A stretch of 64,000 nucleotides of DNA from Octopus vulgaris. Lineage: Eukaryota. The position numbers and the translations under genes were made by a program. The notes below the pieces were generated by a model that ran no database searches, was not told the DNA's origin, and was given only the letters and a program-made list of their open reading frames with translations. Positions 42,714 to 56,667 of this stretch are shown one piece after another (within the stretch, counting starts at the first letter, position 1; every line of letters begins with the position of its first letter). The DNA lies in the NCBI GenBank assembly GCA_951406725.2, contig OX597815.1, positions 79,856,001-79,920,000 on the forward strand, written 5' to 3'.

Positions 42714-43115
42714 TGTCTGTGTGAATCCCTAAAACTTGAGAACTACACAACCAATTTCATTCAAATTTTAGACATGCCTTACTCAGGATCCATGTAGTGT
42801 CATGGGAAAACAACTTCTAACTTCTTGCCTAGGGCGAGCCCACAACAATATCATATCTTCTCTATTATTTCAGTATTACGTGTTAAAAGTGAAACAAAAA
42901 CATCTCTTTACTGTAATGTCAGATACTTTCACTTTAATACTGAAACTATTAAAGTCAAACTATTATATAAGAGGGATGAACTATTAACAGTGGACATCCA
43001 TTTTACTAGAAGATCCGCTATGGTCTTATATGCTACACCACTGGTTTTCAATTCATATTAATCAAATTAATATTCAATTTCTCACCCTTATTATTTTAAA
43101 TTTAAATTTAAACCC
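42658..43115 (+). mobile_element. Non-autonomous Helitron, 5' part
   Basis: A|TCTATATATATAAAA start, (GT)n/GTCT tract and ACCAATTTCATTCAAATTT motif typical of small Helitrons; no clear own CTAG end. Confidence 0.6.
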
Positions 43116-43267
43116 AGGACCATGTGTTCTGGAATGAAGTTTGTTACCATACAGCCACACCTGCACCTATGTATGTGTGTGTGTGTGCGTGTGTGTATAG
43201 CTGTATATGCATACATTTATTTCTATACATATAGATGTATATGTATACATGTATATGTGTATATATG

Positions 43268-43313
<46 letters not shown>

Positions 43314-43397
43314 TGTACATGTAATATGTACACATATATATTCACATATATACATGCATACATATATACACCCATACACACATACAAACACACACAC

Positions 43398-43812
43398 AGG
43401 TGCAGGTGTGGCTGTGTGGTAACAAACTTCGTTCCAAAACACATGGTCCTCAGTTCAGTCCCACTGTGTGGTGACTTGGCATGTGTCTTCTGCTATAGCC
43501 TCAGACCAACCAAAGCCTTGTCAGTGGATTTTGTAGACAGAAACTGAAAGAAATCAATCGTATATATATGTACGTATATATGTAAGTCTGTGTGTGTGTC
43601 TTTGTGTTTCTCCCTCATCACTGCCTCACAACTGGTGTTCGTTTATTTACATCCCCATAACTTACTGGTTTCATAAGAAGAAACTGATAGAATAAGTACC
43701 AGGCTTATCAAAATAAAAAAAAAACAACTAGGTAGTATCTCATATTTTTGTTTGCCCACACAATTTATCTTTGTGTGTGTGTGTGTACATACATACACAC
43801 ACACATACATAC

Positions 43813-43877
<65 letters not shown>

Positions 43878-44155
43878 TAGAGAGAGAGATTTTGTAGACA
43901 GAAACTTAAAGAAATCAATCGTATATATATGTATGTATATATTTAAGTGTATGTGTGTGACTTTGTTTCTGTATTTCACCCTCATCACTGCTTCACAACT
44001 GCTGTTCGTTTATTTACATCCCCATAACTTACTGGTTTCACAAGAAGAAACTGATAGAATAAGTATCAGGCTTATCAAAATAAAAAAAACAACTAAGTAG
44101 TATCTCATATTTTTGTTTGCCCACACAATTTATCGTTGTGTGTGTGTGTGTGTGT

Positions 44156-44206
<51 letters not shown>

Positions 44207-44470
44207 GATTTTGTAGACAGAAACTTAAAGAAATCAATCGTATATATATATATATGTATGTATATATGTAAGTGTATGTGTGTGACTTTGTTTCTGTATT
44301 TCATCCTCATCACTGCTTCACAACTGCTGTTCGTTTATTTACATCCCAATAACTTACTGGTTTCACAAGAAGAAACTAATAGAATAAGTACCAGGCTTAT
44401 CAACATAAAAACGCACTACGCTGTGTCTCATATTTTTGTTCGCCCACCCAGTTGTATCTATCAATTTATC
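43398..44470 (+). mobile_element. Family A SINE with tandem triplication of its 3' half and flank
   Basis: Head at 43398; GATTTTGTAGACAGAAACT...TTTGCCCAC unit starts at ~43527, ~43888 and ~44207. Confidence 0.85.
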
Positions 44471-44484
44471 TTTGTGTATATATA

Positions 44485-44518
<34 letters not shown>

Positions 44519-44523
44519 GCACG

Positions 44524-44589
<66 letters not shown>

Positions 44590-44607
44590 TGTATGTATAT
44601 GTGTACA

Positions 44608-46274
44608 TTCATATTTATTATATCAAAGACAATGTCTTTATGTGTTCGTGTACTATTCATGCATTCGAAAAGTGCTGCACCGATCATAATGAAATTTGGA
44701 ACACAAAATCGAAGCCCAGGCAGAAGGGTAATGCTGTGTGTTTCATACAATTTCATGGACCAAAATTTCTGAATGGATCCTTATGATATTAGAAACTTAG
44801 ATTCAATGCATAAGGGCGAGTATAACGCAATATGTTTGGTTTGAATTTCGGATGGTTTAAAGGGGGCAGAACCCCCCATGAAAATTCATAAATTTTCGAT
44901 GTTGATGAAATTTCAAGCATGGGTAATTGACACACATCAAGAAGTGTTCTCAAATTTTCCACTTCACATGAGGATTCTAAGACACCCTAATGGGGGCCTT
45001 AACTTCCAAATTTTAGTCATTTCTTTTATGATCCAAAACTAAGTCAAAAGTACTAAATGGATCTTTACGAAATTTGGAAATTATATTCTATGCATAAGGG
45101 CCACAACCCCCATGACAATTCATATATTTTTGGTGTTGATGAAATATTAGATACAAATGAAGTAATATTTATAAAATTTCATCTTCTTACAAGTTAGAAA
45201 GACCCCTTCATAGGGACTTAACACCCACAATTTTGTCATTTTATCGAAGCAAAGACGAATAGTTGTACTCTTGGAAGCTGTGCGGTCATCGGAGCATAGA
45301 AGATGAGCATTATTTGTAATTCAATGGTACAACAGTGTAAGCGTTTGCTTTGACATACACTTAGATTGTGATTTCTGCAATGTGCTGCATAATTTGTCAA
45401 GTAAATGAGAGGCATCTTTGCCTCCACTGATTCAGTTGCAAAGTGTTGAGTAAAGTTATTTGATTGCAGACCTCCTTTCAGTCTTTTTATTATCACTGGG
45501 TCACACATAGTCCCCACATGGTAACATTGATTTCAAGGCCTTCCCAGATGAGTGACTGGTTATTCAAAGACATTTATAGATTGTAAATTTATTCTGTCCA
45601 GTTACATATCAGTATAATGGTCACTTGCAAACTCCAACTTTCATTCCTCCTTAGCCCTCACGTCACACAGTTGTTAATGTTGATTTCAGTTGGGTCACGC
45701 TCTTCCAATTGCTATAGATTCGTAATGCATCTTACGGCTGTGCCTGTCACCTGGATGGTGAGGAATCCTACATTGGGAGTGGTAACGGCTAGGGTAGGGT
45801 AACTGACTGCTTATTGTGATCATTTGTCTTTTGCTTTCCTGTAGCTTTGCTCTCTTTTACAAACCCAGTGAACATATATTTCCTATTTCAAAGAAATTCA
45901 AACAATAGATATAAGACCCAAGTAAAAAAGATTCTCAACAATTCAACTTCTCTGGTTGACATTAAGATGCCCACCCCCAACAGGGGCGTTAACTCTCACA
46001 TTTTATAGCTCTATGACCTCCATTTTTCAGGAGCAAAATCTTTTTAACAGGTTCAATAAGACTGGAATTTTGGAATATGCGCATAAAAATCAGTAGTATG
46101 GGATATATGTGGCACGATTACAATTTTTGGGGGGTATGTAAAGAGGGAAATAACCCTCATCTGCGATTTTGATGAAATTCGAAACAGATATTCCAGTTCA
46201 TTAGAGAAAATATAACAGAAAAGTATAATTCTTCAATTGTATGTAACATGGGCAACGCCGGGTATCTCTGCTAG
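44608..46274 (+). mobile_element. Non-autonomous Helitron with canonical 3' end
   Basis: GGGCAACGCCGGG GC-rich motif then CTAG|T at 46271-46275; Helitron-like 5' region (CCGATCATAATGAAATTTGG); internal direct repeats at ~44770 and ~45056. 5' boundary uncertain. Confidence 0.7.
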
Positions 46275-46979
46275 TAATGTTATAAAGAAAAGACATAAAT
46301 ATGATATGAAAATAAAGATACAAAACACTAGAAATTAGAGAGAAAGAAAAACTAAGGAATGTGCTGAAAGACTCAAGGTAATAAAAACAATTTTTGAAAT
46401 TTTACTTCAAATTACTATAGATCGCATATCAAAAGCAACAAAAGCTGCTGCGGGATGTAAAGTAGAAATTTTAATAGCTTAATATAAAAGTGGAGACTGG
46501 AGGTAAAAACTGATATGGAACAAAGAATATTTGCTCCAAATATCAATAAATAAACAATATTTTGAATCATAAGAAACCATAAGTGGTCATGCAAGAATGA
46601 TTATAGAAAAAAATGATAGGTGTTAATATCGTTATAAGGTATGTTGAGACAGTAAAGTGCTTTAGTCTATTTAGTTTGTATATCTCACGTTTCTGCTTAA
46701 ATCTCAATGGGTTTCACTTTACTGTTTCATTCCTGATGACTCGACATTATAAACAAGCAGAAATAATATTTAGATCAATAGATTAACATTGAATTTCTCC
46801 CAACAAAAACATAAGTCAAAAGGAAGGAATATTTGAAGAAAACAATCTGAACAGTCGCTATTATATCTATTATATCAAAGAAAACCAGATGTTGTATGTG
46901 AAAAAGAATTAAAAGTTGATTTCTCTCCAATCCTAAAAAGCAAACCCAAGTCTATAGACAATGAGGATCAAAAGGAGAT

Positions 46980-47412
46980 AGCTTTCTGGTCTTACAATCA
47001 ATGTGTCTTAGATCTTCATTAGGCCAGTTCAGGAAAGTAGCAGAATATCGTATGAGAGAGACTGCCCATGTGTTTATCGCAGAGACACTTTTCCATCCAT
47101 TTAGTTTCTAGCCTAGCACCCTTCTTTACTCTCTTGAGATATTCGTTTCTCACTTTCTTTTTTTCCATTTCTTGACAGAGGATTCTATCTGTCTCCAATA
47201 CATCTAGGTACTTGTAACGGTCATCCTCATTCTTTGTTCGGATCGATTTGGAAGTTTAATCCCTTCTGACTTGGATATTTTCCCCTCGCTTCATCACTAG
47301 CATCACACATTTGTCTATTCTAAGTTGAATACTAATGTCATCACTCATAACCATAACAACCTGAACCAGAGTAGCAGTAGCAGTAACAGTACTTATGCCT
47401 TTAGTAGAAAGG

Positions 47413-47481
<69 letters not shown>

Positions 47482-47745
47482 GATGCTGCTGCTGCTGCTG
47501 CTGTTTTTGCTATTAAGGCGGTGAGCTGACAGAATCATTAGCATTTTTTTCTGTCTTATCTTCAACATCCCTATGAAACTGTTCTTGCATTCTTTTCTTT
47601 ATCCACCTATTTTCAGTTTCCTTCATTCTCAAGTGCTTGTGCAGCGCTTGTGCAGTGCTTGTGCAGTCTTTGCAATCTTCCATCCTACACAAGCATGACC
47701 TTCTTACTTCCAGTAATAGTGGTTCTGTTGCGTTTTTTTACATAC
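46980..47745 (-). pseudogene. Old R4/Dong RT fragments
   Basis: SDDISIQLRIDKCVMLVMKRG, YKYLDVLETD, AINTWAVSLIRYSATFLNW..EDLRHIDCKTRK parallel the large copy. Confidence 0.7.
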
Positions 47746-47747
47746 CA

Positions 47748-47817
<70 letters not shown>

Positions 47818-48499
47818 TCTCTTATTTAATGATCATAGTTAGATCAGGTATCTGATTAGAATGTACTTCACTGAAGAGACATTATTTGATTGGAATATGA
47901 CCGTTGCTAAAACCAGTTACATTTAAAGACTGAAATCTTTAAATACAACTGGTGACAGCAACAGTGTGTATGGCTAAAGATTTCGAGAGACTGATCTTAC
48001 AGAAGTATTTCCTTATCTTGGAATTGTTCTATTTTAAGCACACACCGAGACACATTTTACCAACAAATTCTTCGGTTAATTTCAGTTGACCAAATCCCTA
48101 TATATTAGACCCTACGGCATTTTTGTATTTAGTATGTAGAATTCTACGCTGCGCAGTTTCACCTTAGACGTATTGTTGACATTCTTCAATAATATATATA
48201 TTTTTTTTAAGAAACAGAACTAATTTAACCCCAGGTCTCATTATTCCCCATCATTCCACCATACGTTATTGCCTCTATTACGAAATTCTGTTTAGTAACC
48301 TTTTCATGTGCACGCGCGTGTGTGCGTGCGCGTGTTTGCATGTGTGTATATAAGTATGTATATCTATATATATATATATATATAGATGAAACGAAGTAGA
48401 TGAAACAGGGACAACTGATGAAGGGGAATATTCTTTATGTTGCATGGCTTGTTTCTTTGTTTTTTACGTTGTTCGAAAAAAAGTTCGTTTTCTATGTTC

Positions 48500-49254
48500 T
48501 TGTGTATTTTCAGATCATAAAAATGGAATGTCAAGTGGATAAAACTGAGCATTTTCGACACCATTTGCTCTTTGCATTTAATCGACGTGTTAAGCCCGCC
48601 AAAGCTGCTCGTGAAATTTGTGCTGTGTATGGAGAAGGAGCAATGCCTTAAAGTAGCGCCGGCCGTTGGTTTTCGCACTTCAAAATTGAGAATCTTGGTT
48701 TTAAGGATGGATCACACACCGGTCGACCAACTCAGTTCGATGAAGAGCGATTGAATCAGCTTTTTCACGAAGATCCATGTCAAGCGACCAGAGAATTGGC
48801 GGTGAAGATGGATTGTTATATAAAAAAGAAAAACTATGGTGAACCACTTTCACTCAGTGGGCAATGTTCATCGAACTAAATTGGTCGACCGGTGTGTGAT
48901 CCGTCCATGAGATCAAAATTCCTATCTTTGAAGTGCAAAAACTAGCGGCGGTACTTTGAGGCATTGCTCCTTCTCCATACACAGCACAAATCTCCCGAGC
49001 AGCTTCGGTGGGCTTAACACCTCGAGTAAATGCAAAAAGCAAATGGTGTCGAAAATGCGCAATTTTTCCAGTCGACATCCCATTTAAATGATCTGAAAAT
49101 ACACAAAAATCGATAAAATTAAAAACTCAAAACACAATTTTGTAGAGCAAAAACTTCTCTTTCAAATAACAAAACATTTTCCCAATACGCTTTATTTCTG
49201 CATGCATTTTTAAATTTGAAAGAAAAAAAGGAAGCTCATGAACTATTTCTCAAA

Positions 49255-49259
<5 letters not shown>
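48500..49259. mobile_element. Two mariner 5' halves in inverted orientation
   Basis: Plus strand MECQVDKTEHFRHHLLFAFN...AAREICAVYGEGAM..GRP..FDEERL; a minus-strand homologue starts near 49085; TIR-like TA|TGGTTTGAGAAATAGTTCATG at the right end. Confidence 0.85.
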
Positions 49260-49310
<51 letters not shown>

Positions 49311-49435
49311 AAACGGAGAAAAAGACAAGAAAAAACAACGTGAAGACGTGGTACATGCAAAGTATTAAGACAGTGTTTTCCGTTTCAAGGATACATACAT
49401 ACATACATACATACATACATACATACATACATACA

Positions 49436-49466
<31 letters not shown>

Positions 49467-49709
49467 GTATATATATATATATATTTAAAATGTGGGTGAG
49501 AAATTTGATATTAATTTCATTAACAACAATTTCACACCAGTGGTCTAGCATATAAATATCTGAAGGTTCAGTAAAGTTTCATTATGTATAAATGAGAGGG
49601 ATTGACCACTATGTGGATAACCCTTACGCTAGAAGTAGATCCGTGGTATGACCATAGCGGATCTACTTCTAGCATAATGATTGTCCACAGAGTTTGCAAG
49701 TCATCTATA

Positions 49710-49762
<53 letters not shown>

Positions 49763-50211
49763 ATAATGGAGCAGAAACGCAATAGAGGGCAATAATACAT
49801 CCGGACAGACAGACGATAGAAAGGCGGACAAGACAAACAACACTTAGAGGGACAGGAAAAAAAGAGATTCGTAGCTTTCTTTCGTCAGTCAAGTAATCAG
49901 ATGTCCTTACAGTTTCGAGCAGTTACACTTGAGACTGTTCAATCTGGTTGATCCTCCCCCACCTCCACCAAAAGTCTAAGCTAAGAGCAATCCATAACGT
50001 TGCTTTTTCAGAAAACGGAACAATAGTTTCACCATTCCATTTCTTTTTACATTAGCTTAACAATAATACTTTGTTGGGTGTATAAAATCGTAACTCCATG
50101 CATACATGATAATTTCAGTCAGAAATATTTTTGAAGAACTGTCGGTGCACTTACAACTTTAAAAAAAAATGCATTTGGGCAAATTTGGACATACGACAGC
50201 TTAACATAATA

Positions 50212-50252
<41 letters not shown>

Positions 50253-50498
50253 CATATATGGGTACAGGTCATCACCAACAGTAAACAACATGAAATACGA
50301 AAACAAATGAGTTCAATACGCATGAAACAAATGGAAAACAAGATAAGTAATATAAAGAACGAGCCTTCATCAGTTGCCCGCTGTCTATCTATTCCTCATT
50401 TCAATATATATTTATATATCGTTGTTTTGGTTTGTCTTCTTTTGCTTTTGTTGTTTACCTTCTCGCATTGCTCCGGCCTCACAGAACAAATCTCTTTA

Positions 50499-50537
<39 letters not shown>

Positions 50538-50549
50538 AGTGTGTGTATG

Positions 50550-50593
<44 letters not shown>

Positions 50594-50699
50594 TATATAC
50601 ACACATACATTTACATGCCTACACCCCATATGTATATATACATGCATATATGTGTAAAGGACGTAAAAAACGTGAGCAAAATGAGAAACATAAAATACA

Positions 50700-51180
50700 A
50701 AAGCATAGAAAACGAATCGATCATCGAAAGAAACAAACAGAGAAACGAGACATGCAACATAAAGAACATTCCCTTCATCAGTTGTCCCCTGTTTTATCTA
50801 CTCTGTGTTTCGCAGGCAGAGACAAGACGCGGCTTCGTTAAAACAATCCTTCCTGCCAAGCAAATTAAATAAAATTTGGGATTTTTTGCGGAGGGTTAAA
50901 TTGGTAACAAAAACAGGACAGTGAGACCAAAACAGTAAAAACAAACGGTGAGGACTGTTAAGCCATAACGAGGTGAAGTGGTGAACGCTGGAAAAACGAG
51001 GTTTGAGAAGAGACAGGCAAAAACACGCCTTGTCTTTAGGAAGGAAGTGGAAGAAAGATAGATAGCCGTTGGTCACGTGCGAGCAACGAGAGAGTCAAGG
51101 AGGAAGAGTGATAGAGAGAGAGAGAGAGAGAGGGGGAACGGTGAAAGAGAGAGGAGAAGAATTAGGGAAAGGGTGGGAGA
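50700..51180 (-). mobile_element. Short repeat family with CAACTGATGAAGG motif (possible PLE derivative)
   Basis: GTAGAT.AAACAGGG.ACAACTGATGAAGGG.AT.TTCTTTATGTTGCATG is shared with 48385-48495 (+), and partly with 60478-60600 (+) and 50270-50405 (-). Confidence 0.55.
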
Positions 51181-51205
51181 GAAAAACAGAAAGGAAGAAC
51201 AAGAG

Positions 51206-51253
<48 letters not shown>

Positions 51254-52744
51254 GTGTTCTTTTGTTTTTCTTAGAGAATGTTCTTTTACGTTCCTTTTAG
51301 TCTTTCTTTCACTCTTCTGAAGTTATTATTTAATAATTCCCATAACGACTCTTTTTTTCCCTTCTTTCTGACGGAAAGGAGCAATGGGGGATTGAGATAG
51401 TAACATTACAAGCCTCCCTTAAGAATTTGCTAATATGGAAGCTTCTAGAATTTCAAAGAAATTGTTTTTCCAACAGCAAACTTAAAATTTAAACTGTTCT
51501 TGTTATATTTAACACTGCATTGTTTATTAGGAATTTGTCTTTCTATCCATAGCTACTGCCTTCGAAAATTCCTTTGTTTCTATGATAATAATATATTGTT
51601 GTGTTCAAGGTGTACTACCAGCCGGTTTCTAAATAAGTGTGAGTTATAATGCTTCCTTTGCTGCTATAACAATTCTTGTTGTTAAACAAACACATTGAAG
51701 GTTACTTAATTTGTTATTTCGACCCAGCTTTAGAAATAAGAGTGCGTTGAATTCTACAGTATTGATATTTCATTTTTTTTAACGATCTTCAGAATAAATA
51801 ATTGCATTTAAAGTTTGACCTGTGCACTAGAGAAACGGAATATTTATGATAAGAAGTTGAGAGGCTTCGGATGAAAAGGCAGTCCCCCTTACCTCCTTGC
51901 GTACTCCTTGCTGAAAAAAGAAAGAGCGAGAGAGAGCGAGATAGAGAGAGAGAGGTTGGGAATAAAGAGAGTCATGACTCGATTGGTGCGGTAACGTAGA
52001 CGAGAGGCTCAGTTTATCAACGGCTGTTTTGGTTCATGATTATTCTCTAGGATCCTTGTGATCGAAAGAATTACGCTAACCTAAATATGTAAACACAACA
52101 CCATGTAAGCATTTATTTGAGCTTTGTAGAACGGCGGGGAGTAGTTTGAAAGAAATTTGGTTGATAATTCTAGCAGATCGGTGGCAGTATGGAACACTGG
52201 CTTGTGTTTTTATCTTTGATCATACATGTCTGAAATAGTTTTTGGCTCAAAACAAGGCCAAATCTTCGTGGTATGAGTTTCGAATGTTCACAGTATATAG
52301 CCTCTAAGGGAGATTTCTAGACATAGCTACTACTATCAGGTACAAAGAGTGCGAGAGAAATTTAAGTTTCAATTTGTTTATGAAAACTGCGCTGTATGAA
52401 GTTCTTTGTAATACCACCACCGCCTGTATTTATGTTGAACGATTCTAGCTCACCAGAACCAAGAATGCTATAAAATATGTCAATTGTTTAAGAGATGAAA
52501 ATTCAACATGTCATTATTTCTATAAAAGTGTCCAAGTATCGATATAAAAGGGTAGGTTTATGAACATACTCACCAGAAAACGAGGTTATGTAATTTAAGC
52601 AAAGACGTTAGAATACAAATAATTTTTTAAAAGTTAGTCTCTTGAGTTCAAGAGAGACGGTTCTGCAATTTTTTACTGAACAAACTGAACAGATCATTTG
52701 GTTATAGGTATTAAATGTTTGTGCTGTATATTAACTCGTTCCTT

Positions 52745-52928
52745 TCTATCAAATCGACCATACCTGTTCAGGTACACAATGAATCACACGTCAGATGTCG
52801 AAGTGATCGCTGAGCAAAGTAAGATGAAAAGTTTTGCTTAAGGACACAACGCACCAGGAACACAACGAACCGGGAACTGAATCCAGATCGTGAGTGCAAC
52901 ACCTTAACCAGAAAGCCACGCACTCTTA
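52745..52928 (-). mobile_element. Family C-related SINE
   Basis: Reverse tRNA-like head and TGCTTAAGGACACAAC core. Confidence 0.65.
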
Positions 52929-53748
52929 CAACAAATAAACAACTAACAAGATACATGCAGTGACTACACTATGTTCTAAACATGGCTGGTCATGACAAGA
53001 GAAAGGCAAATGCGACAAAGTAGGATAAATTAAACATCTAAAGCTTTTCAAAGGATTAATATTCACTAAATACACGGTAGTGCTTAGCGTGCGACCTGGA
53101 GTAAAAAGGATTCATCGTAGTACAATACAGTTCTTGTTTGTTGAATGTTGAGTTTAAAAAAATATATATACTTAGCGATATTTTTTTTAAGTTTCAAAAA
53201 TAGAAATAAGATTCTTTGATGATTAATCATTTAAATTATAATATATTAGGCTGAAAAGGAGGTGAAGTAGCTCTGTTTTATACGATTACAAGTGCTACTG
53301 TGATGCCAAATGCCTTGATGTTCATCTTGTACTTTTATGATGATCTATGACTGAATGGGAAAACGCGGGCAGGGAGTGAGTTCAGAGACTCTTGCTTAAT
53401 CCCGACCAGTATACTCTGAGATCACGTGCTGAAAGCACCCCAGCCATGACGATTGTTGAGTTAAATAAAACTAGGATTATCTTATTGATGTTTAGCTTTA
53501 GTAGATAGCGTAGTGTGATTTAATTGATATTTGACTGCTATTTTGTAGCGCTTTGAGCAACTCGAAGATGCTCTCCCAGTGGTCCTGGGTAAAGAAGATA
53601 GAGAGTGTTTAGTAAAGCATTTGAGATAATTTGAGACATAGGAAAGTGGAATGACGGAGAAGAAAAAGTATTTGTCTTAGGTTGAGTTTGTATGCAGTTT
53701 GAAGATTAGAAAATCAAAAGCATTTCTATTTGCAGGAGAGGAGGGAAT

Positions 53749-53780
<32 letters not shown>

Positions 53781-54758
53781 AAGAGAAAGACATGTGAGAG
53801 AGGGAATATGAGAAAGGTAGAGGAGAGCATTGTTCACCTTTCATTAAGTGGTTGGTTGTATTATACTCTTGTTACTTTTTAAATTTTTACTATTTTATTT
53901 TATAATATATTTATGTATATTTAGCATTTTGTAAACAACAGCATTTTTGGTTAAACGTTATCAACCCTGGTTCTCTGCATTTACCACGGCAACTTTGAGG
54001 GGATAGCCTTTGCAGCACAAGCAAACAAATATCAAAATGTGAAACGTTCAGCGTACCTAAAAAAGATTATGCGTGCACGTGTTTCCTATAGATTTGAAGA
54101 TGACAGTAATACCTTCATGAAGTACAGCCTTTCTTGGATACGTGACCCCTACATCACAACACACTTTGAAATGTTTGAAATCCAAGATTGTAACAAAATT
54201 CTTAATCAACAAAAGAGGTAATGAAGCCCTTGGAGCCTCCAACATGCAGCCGAAAATGTCGATTGTAAGACATTGCTATGGAAGGCATCACGCATGCGAT
54301 CAGTAACTGCCTAAAAAATGTCATCAAAGTACTATCTTCCAATGTCACTAAAGTAACTTACAATGCTATCTGTAAAAAAAAAAAGGCTGTCCTTGGATAA
54401 ATGTCGAATTTTCTCATGTTATTGAATGTATAAACATCAGTACACTCACCAAACCTTCTATCAAGGGCAAGCATAAAAGGCGGATACCATTGTTTCGGAC
54501 AGACAAGATAAGGTATATACCGTCACAGTGATCAACTGCTCAGGTGATGTGATTATCTATACCAAAATCAAAGAGAAAGAGGATAAATACAGACAAATGA
54601 TTCGAAACCTTTAACTTCTATATCCAGATTAAAAATTCCCAAAAAATTTTGATGCATTTGGTTTTTGTTAGTAAATGCTGAAATGACAATCTGGAAAAGT
54701 TTGGTTTTTAGAAAAATAATTTAACTAGCTAACACGAACATTAAAATTGCTATCTGTT

Positions 54759-55100
54759 AAAAGACCCCCTTCGGTTATGAGTGATCATGGGATTGAACCT
54801 AGAAAGTTACCTTCCCAGGCACAAGTCCTGGCAAGGTTGTTTTATGGAAGATCAGCAGTCACCCATGCGTACCAGTCTCCCCTTTCCATGCCTCCAATCT
54901 TATCCAAGAGAAAGGCAAAGGCTGATACAGCTTGGAACCAGTGACATCGAAAATTATTTCCACAGCTGAGTGAATTGGAGCAACGTGAAATAAAGTGTCT
55001 TCCTCAAGAACACAACACACAGAGCCCACTCCGGGAACCGAACTTACTACATCATAATTGTGAGCCAGACGCCCTAACCACTAAACCATGTACCTTCACA
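54759..55100 (-). mobile_element. Family C-related SINE with a different tail
   Basis: GAGCAACGTGAAATAAAGTGTCTT..TCAAGAACACAAC core; ATCTGTTA on both sides. Confidence 0.7.
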
Positions 55101-56165
55101 ATCTGTTAGCGGGACAGCAAAATTATGTAAGACAAATTCAACATCTAACTCAGTTTTGTTATCTACAGTCCAATGTTTCGAAACCTTCTTAAAGCAAATT
55201 GTTGAGCAAAGAATTACGAAAAGAACAATACCCCGATTATTTTAAAATTATCTTTTCCTGATAGCTTTTCCACCGAGCATAAATCAGGACGAATTAAACT
55301 CTAAAACTCCAACCGGGAAGAGAAAAATGTGGACATGTATCATGGACTTACATCGTACATATACAAAATTTTCTGGATAAAACGTTGGTCAACCCTAAGT
55401 TATCGAATGAGACGTTTATTGAACCCGCTGCTTGTAAGATCGAATCTAGAACGACATGGTTCCAAAACGAACTGTTGAGACATACAAACTTGCCTGCGCT
55501 CAAAATTATTTCTTTTTAGTGTTCATAAATAAAATTCAAGTGAAATACAGGCAGTGTCAAATAAAATACAAGGTTCTGAATATACTAACAACATTAAACT
55601 GACATAAATCAGAATTGAAAAGAATCAATAAAATTTCGTTTATTTTAAAACATCACTTGCACTCCACGGTTTACAATTATGGAAGTGTGAAAATCCATTG
55701 TTAACAACGGGGCATATTACATGTGAAATATTCTTCTTTTATATTTTAATAACAGAAAAAAAAGTAATAATAACGTTTATCGAGTTTTGTGTTCAGCAAA
55801 AACACGATAAAAATTTCAATTCCACAGTAAACAGGTTTAATTATATTTTAAGCATTTTAAAAAGCATGTTTAGATTTATTATTAATGCAAACCTTACAAA
55901 ATATCGAACCATTAATTTTATTGTGAAGATTAAAATAAAAACTACATTTAAGTTTAATTTTTATGAAACCCATCAGCAATAATCCTATAAGGATTTAAAT
56001 ATTTTAGAAGTAATCTCTTAATATATATATATATATATCTGTCGTTGACAAGTTTAAGAGTTTTACAAGAGAAAGCATTAAGGATCCTCTCGAGAGGCTA
56101 TCTACTGTATTAATATGACGATGATTATATATATATATAGACATATATATGCATAATATGCACGG

Positions 56166-56209
<44 letters not shown>

Positions 56210-56277
56210 GGTATATATATATATATTTTTGTGTGTATGTATACACACACAAACACATAGGCTTATATAGTATATAA

Positions 56278-56372
<95 letters not shown>

Positions 56373-56667
56373 AGTTGTATACGCACGCACACATAAACAC
56401 ACGTATATATGTAAACGAAAAAGCAGTGAGAAGGTTAAGAAATTTTATAGTAAAATATTATATTTGATATGAAAATATCGTTAATGCATCAATATCACTC
56501 AGTGGATATGCAAGAAGCGATATAGTTGCAATATAATTAAACGATAATCGAATCTATTCTGGAATGAACAAGTAGGAATTACAATTTATACTCATATACA
56601 TATTCACGCGTGAATATGAATTTATTCTTTCAATAAACATAATTTACGTCATTATTTCATTTCAAAA

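Noticed and set aside
50798-51076. ORF resembling a GIY-YIG C-terminus (HHFTS...LRKK..LFNL...N)
   Set aside because: Only the spacing is suggestive; no GIY or YIG motif is visible.
56599-56618. Perfect 20-bp palindrome CATATTCACGCGTGAATATG
   Set aside because: Isolated, with no supporting context.
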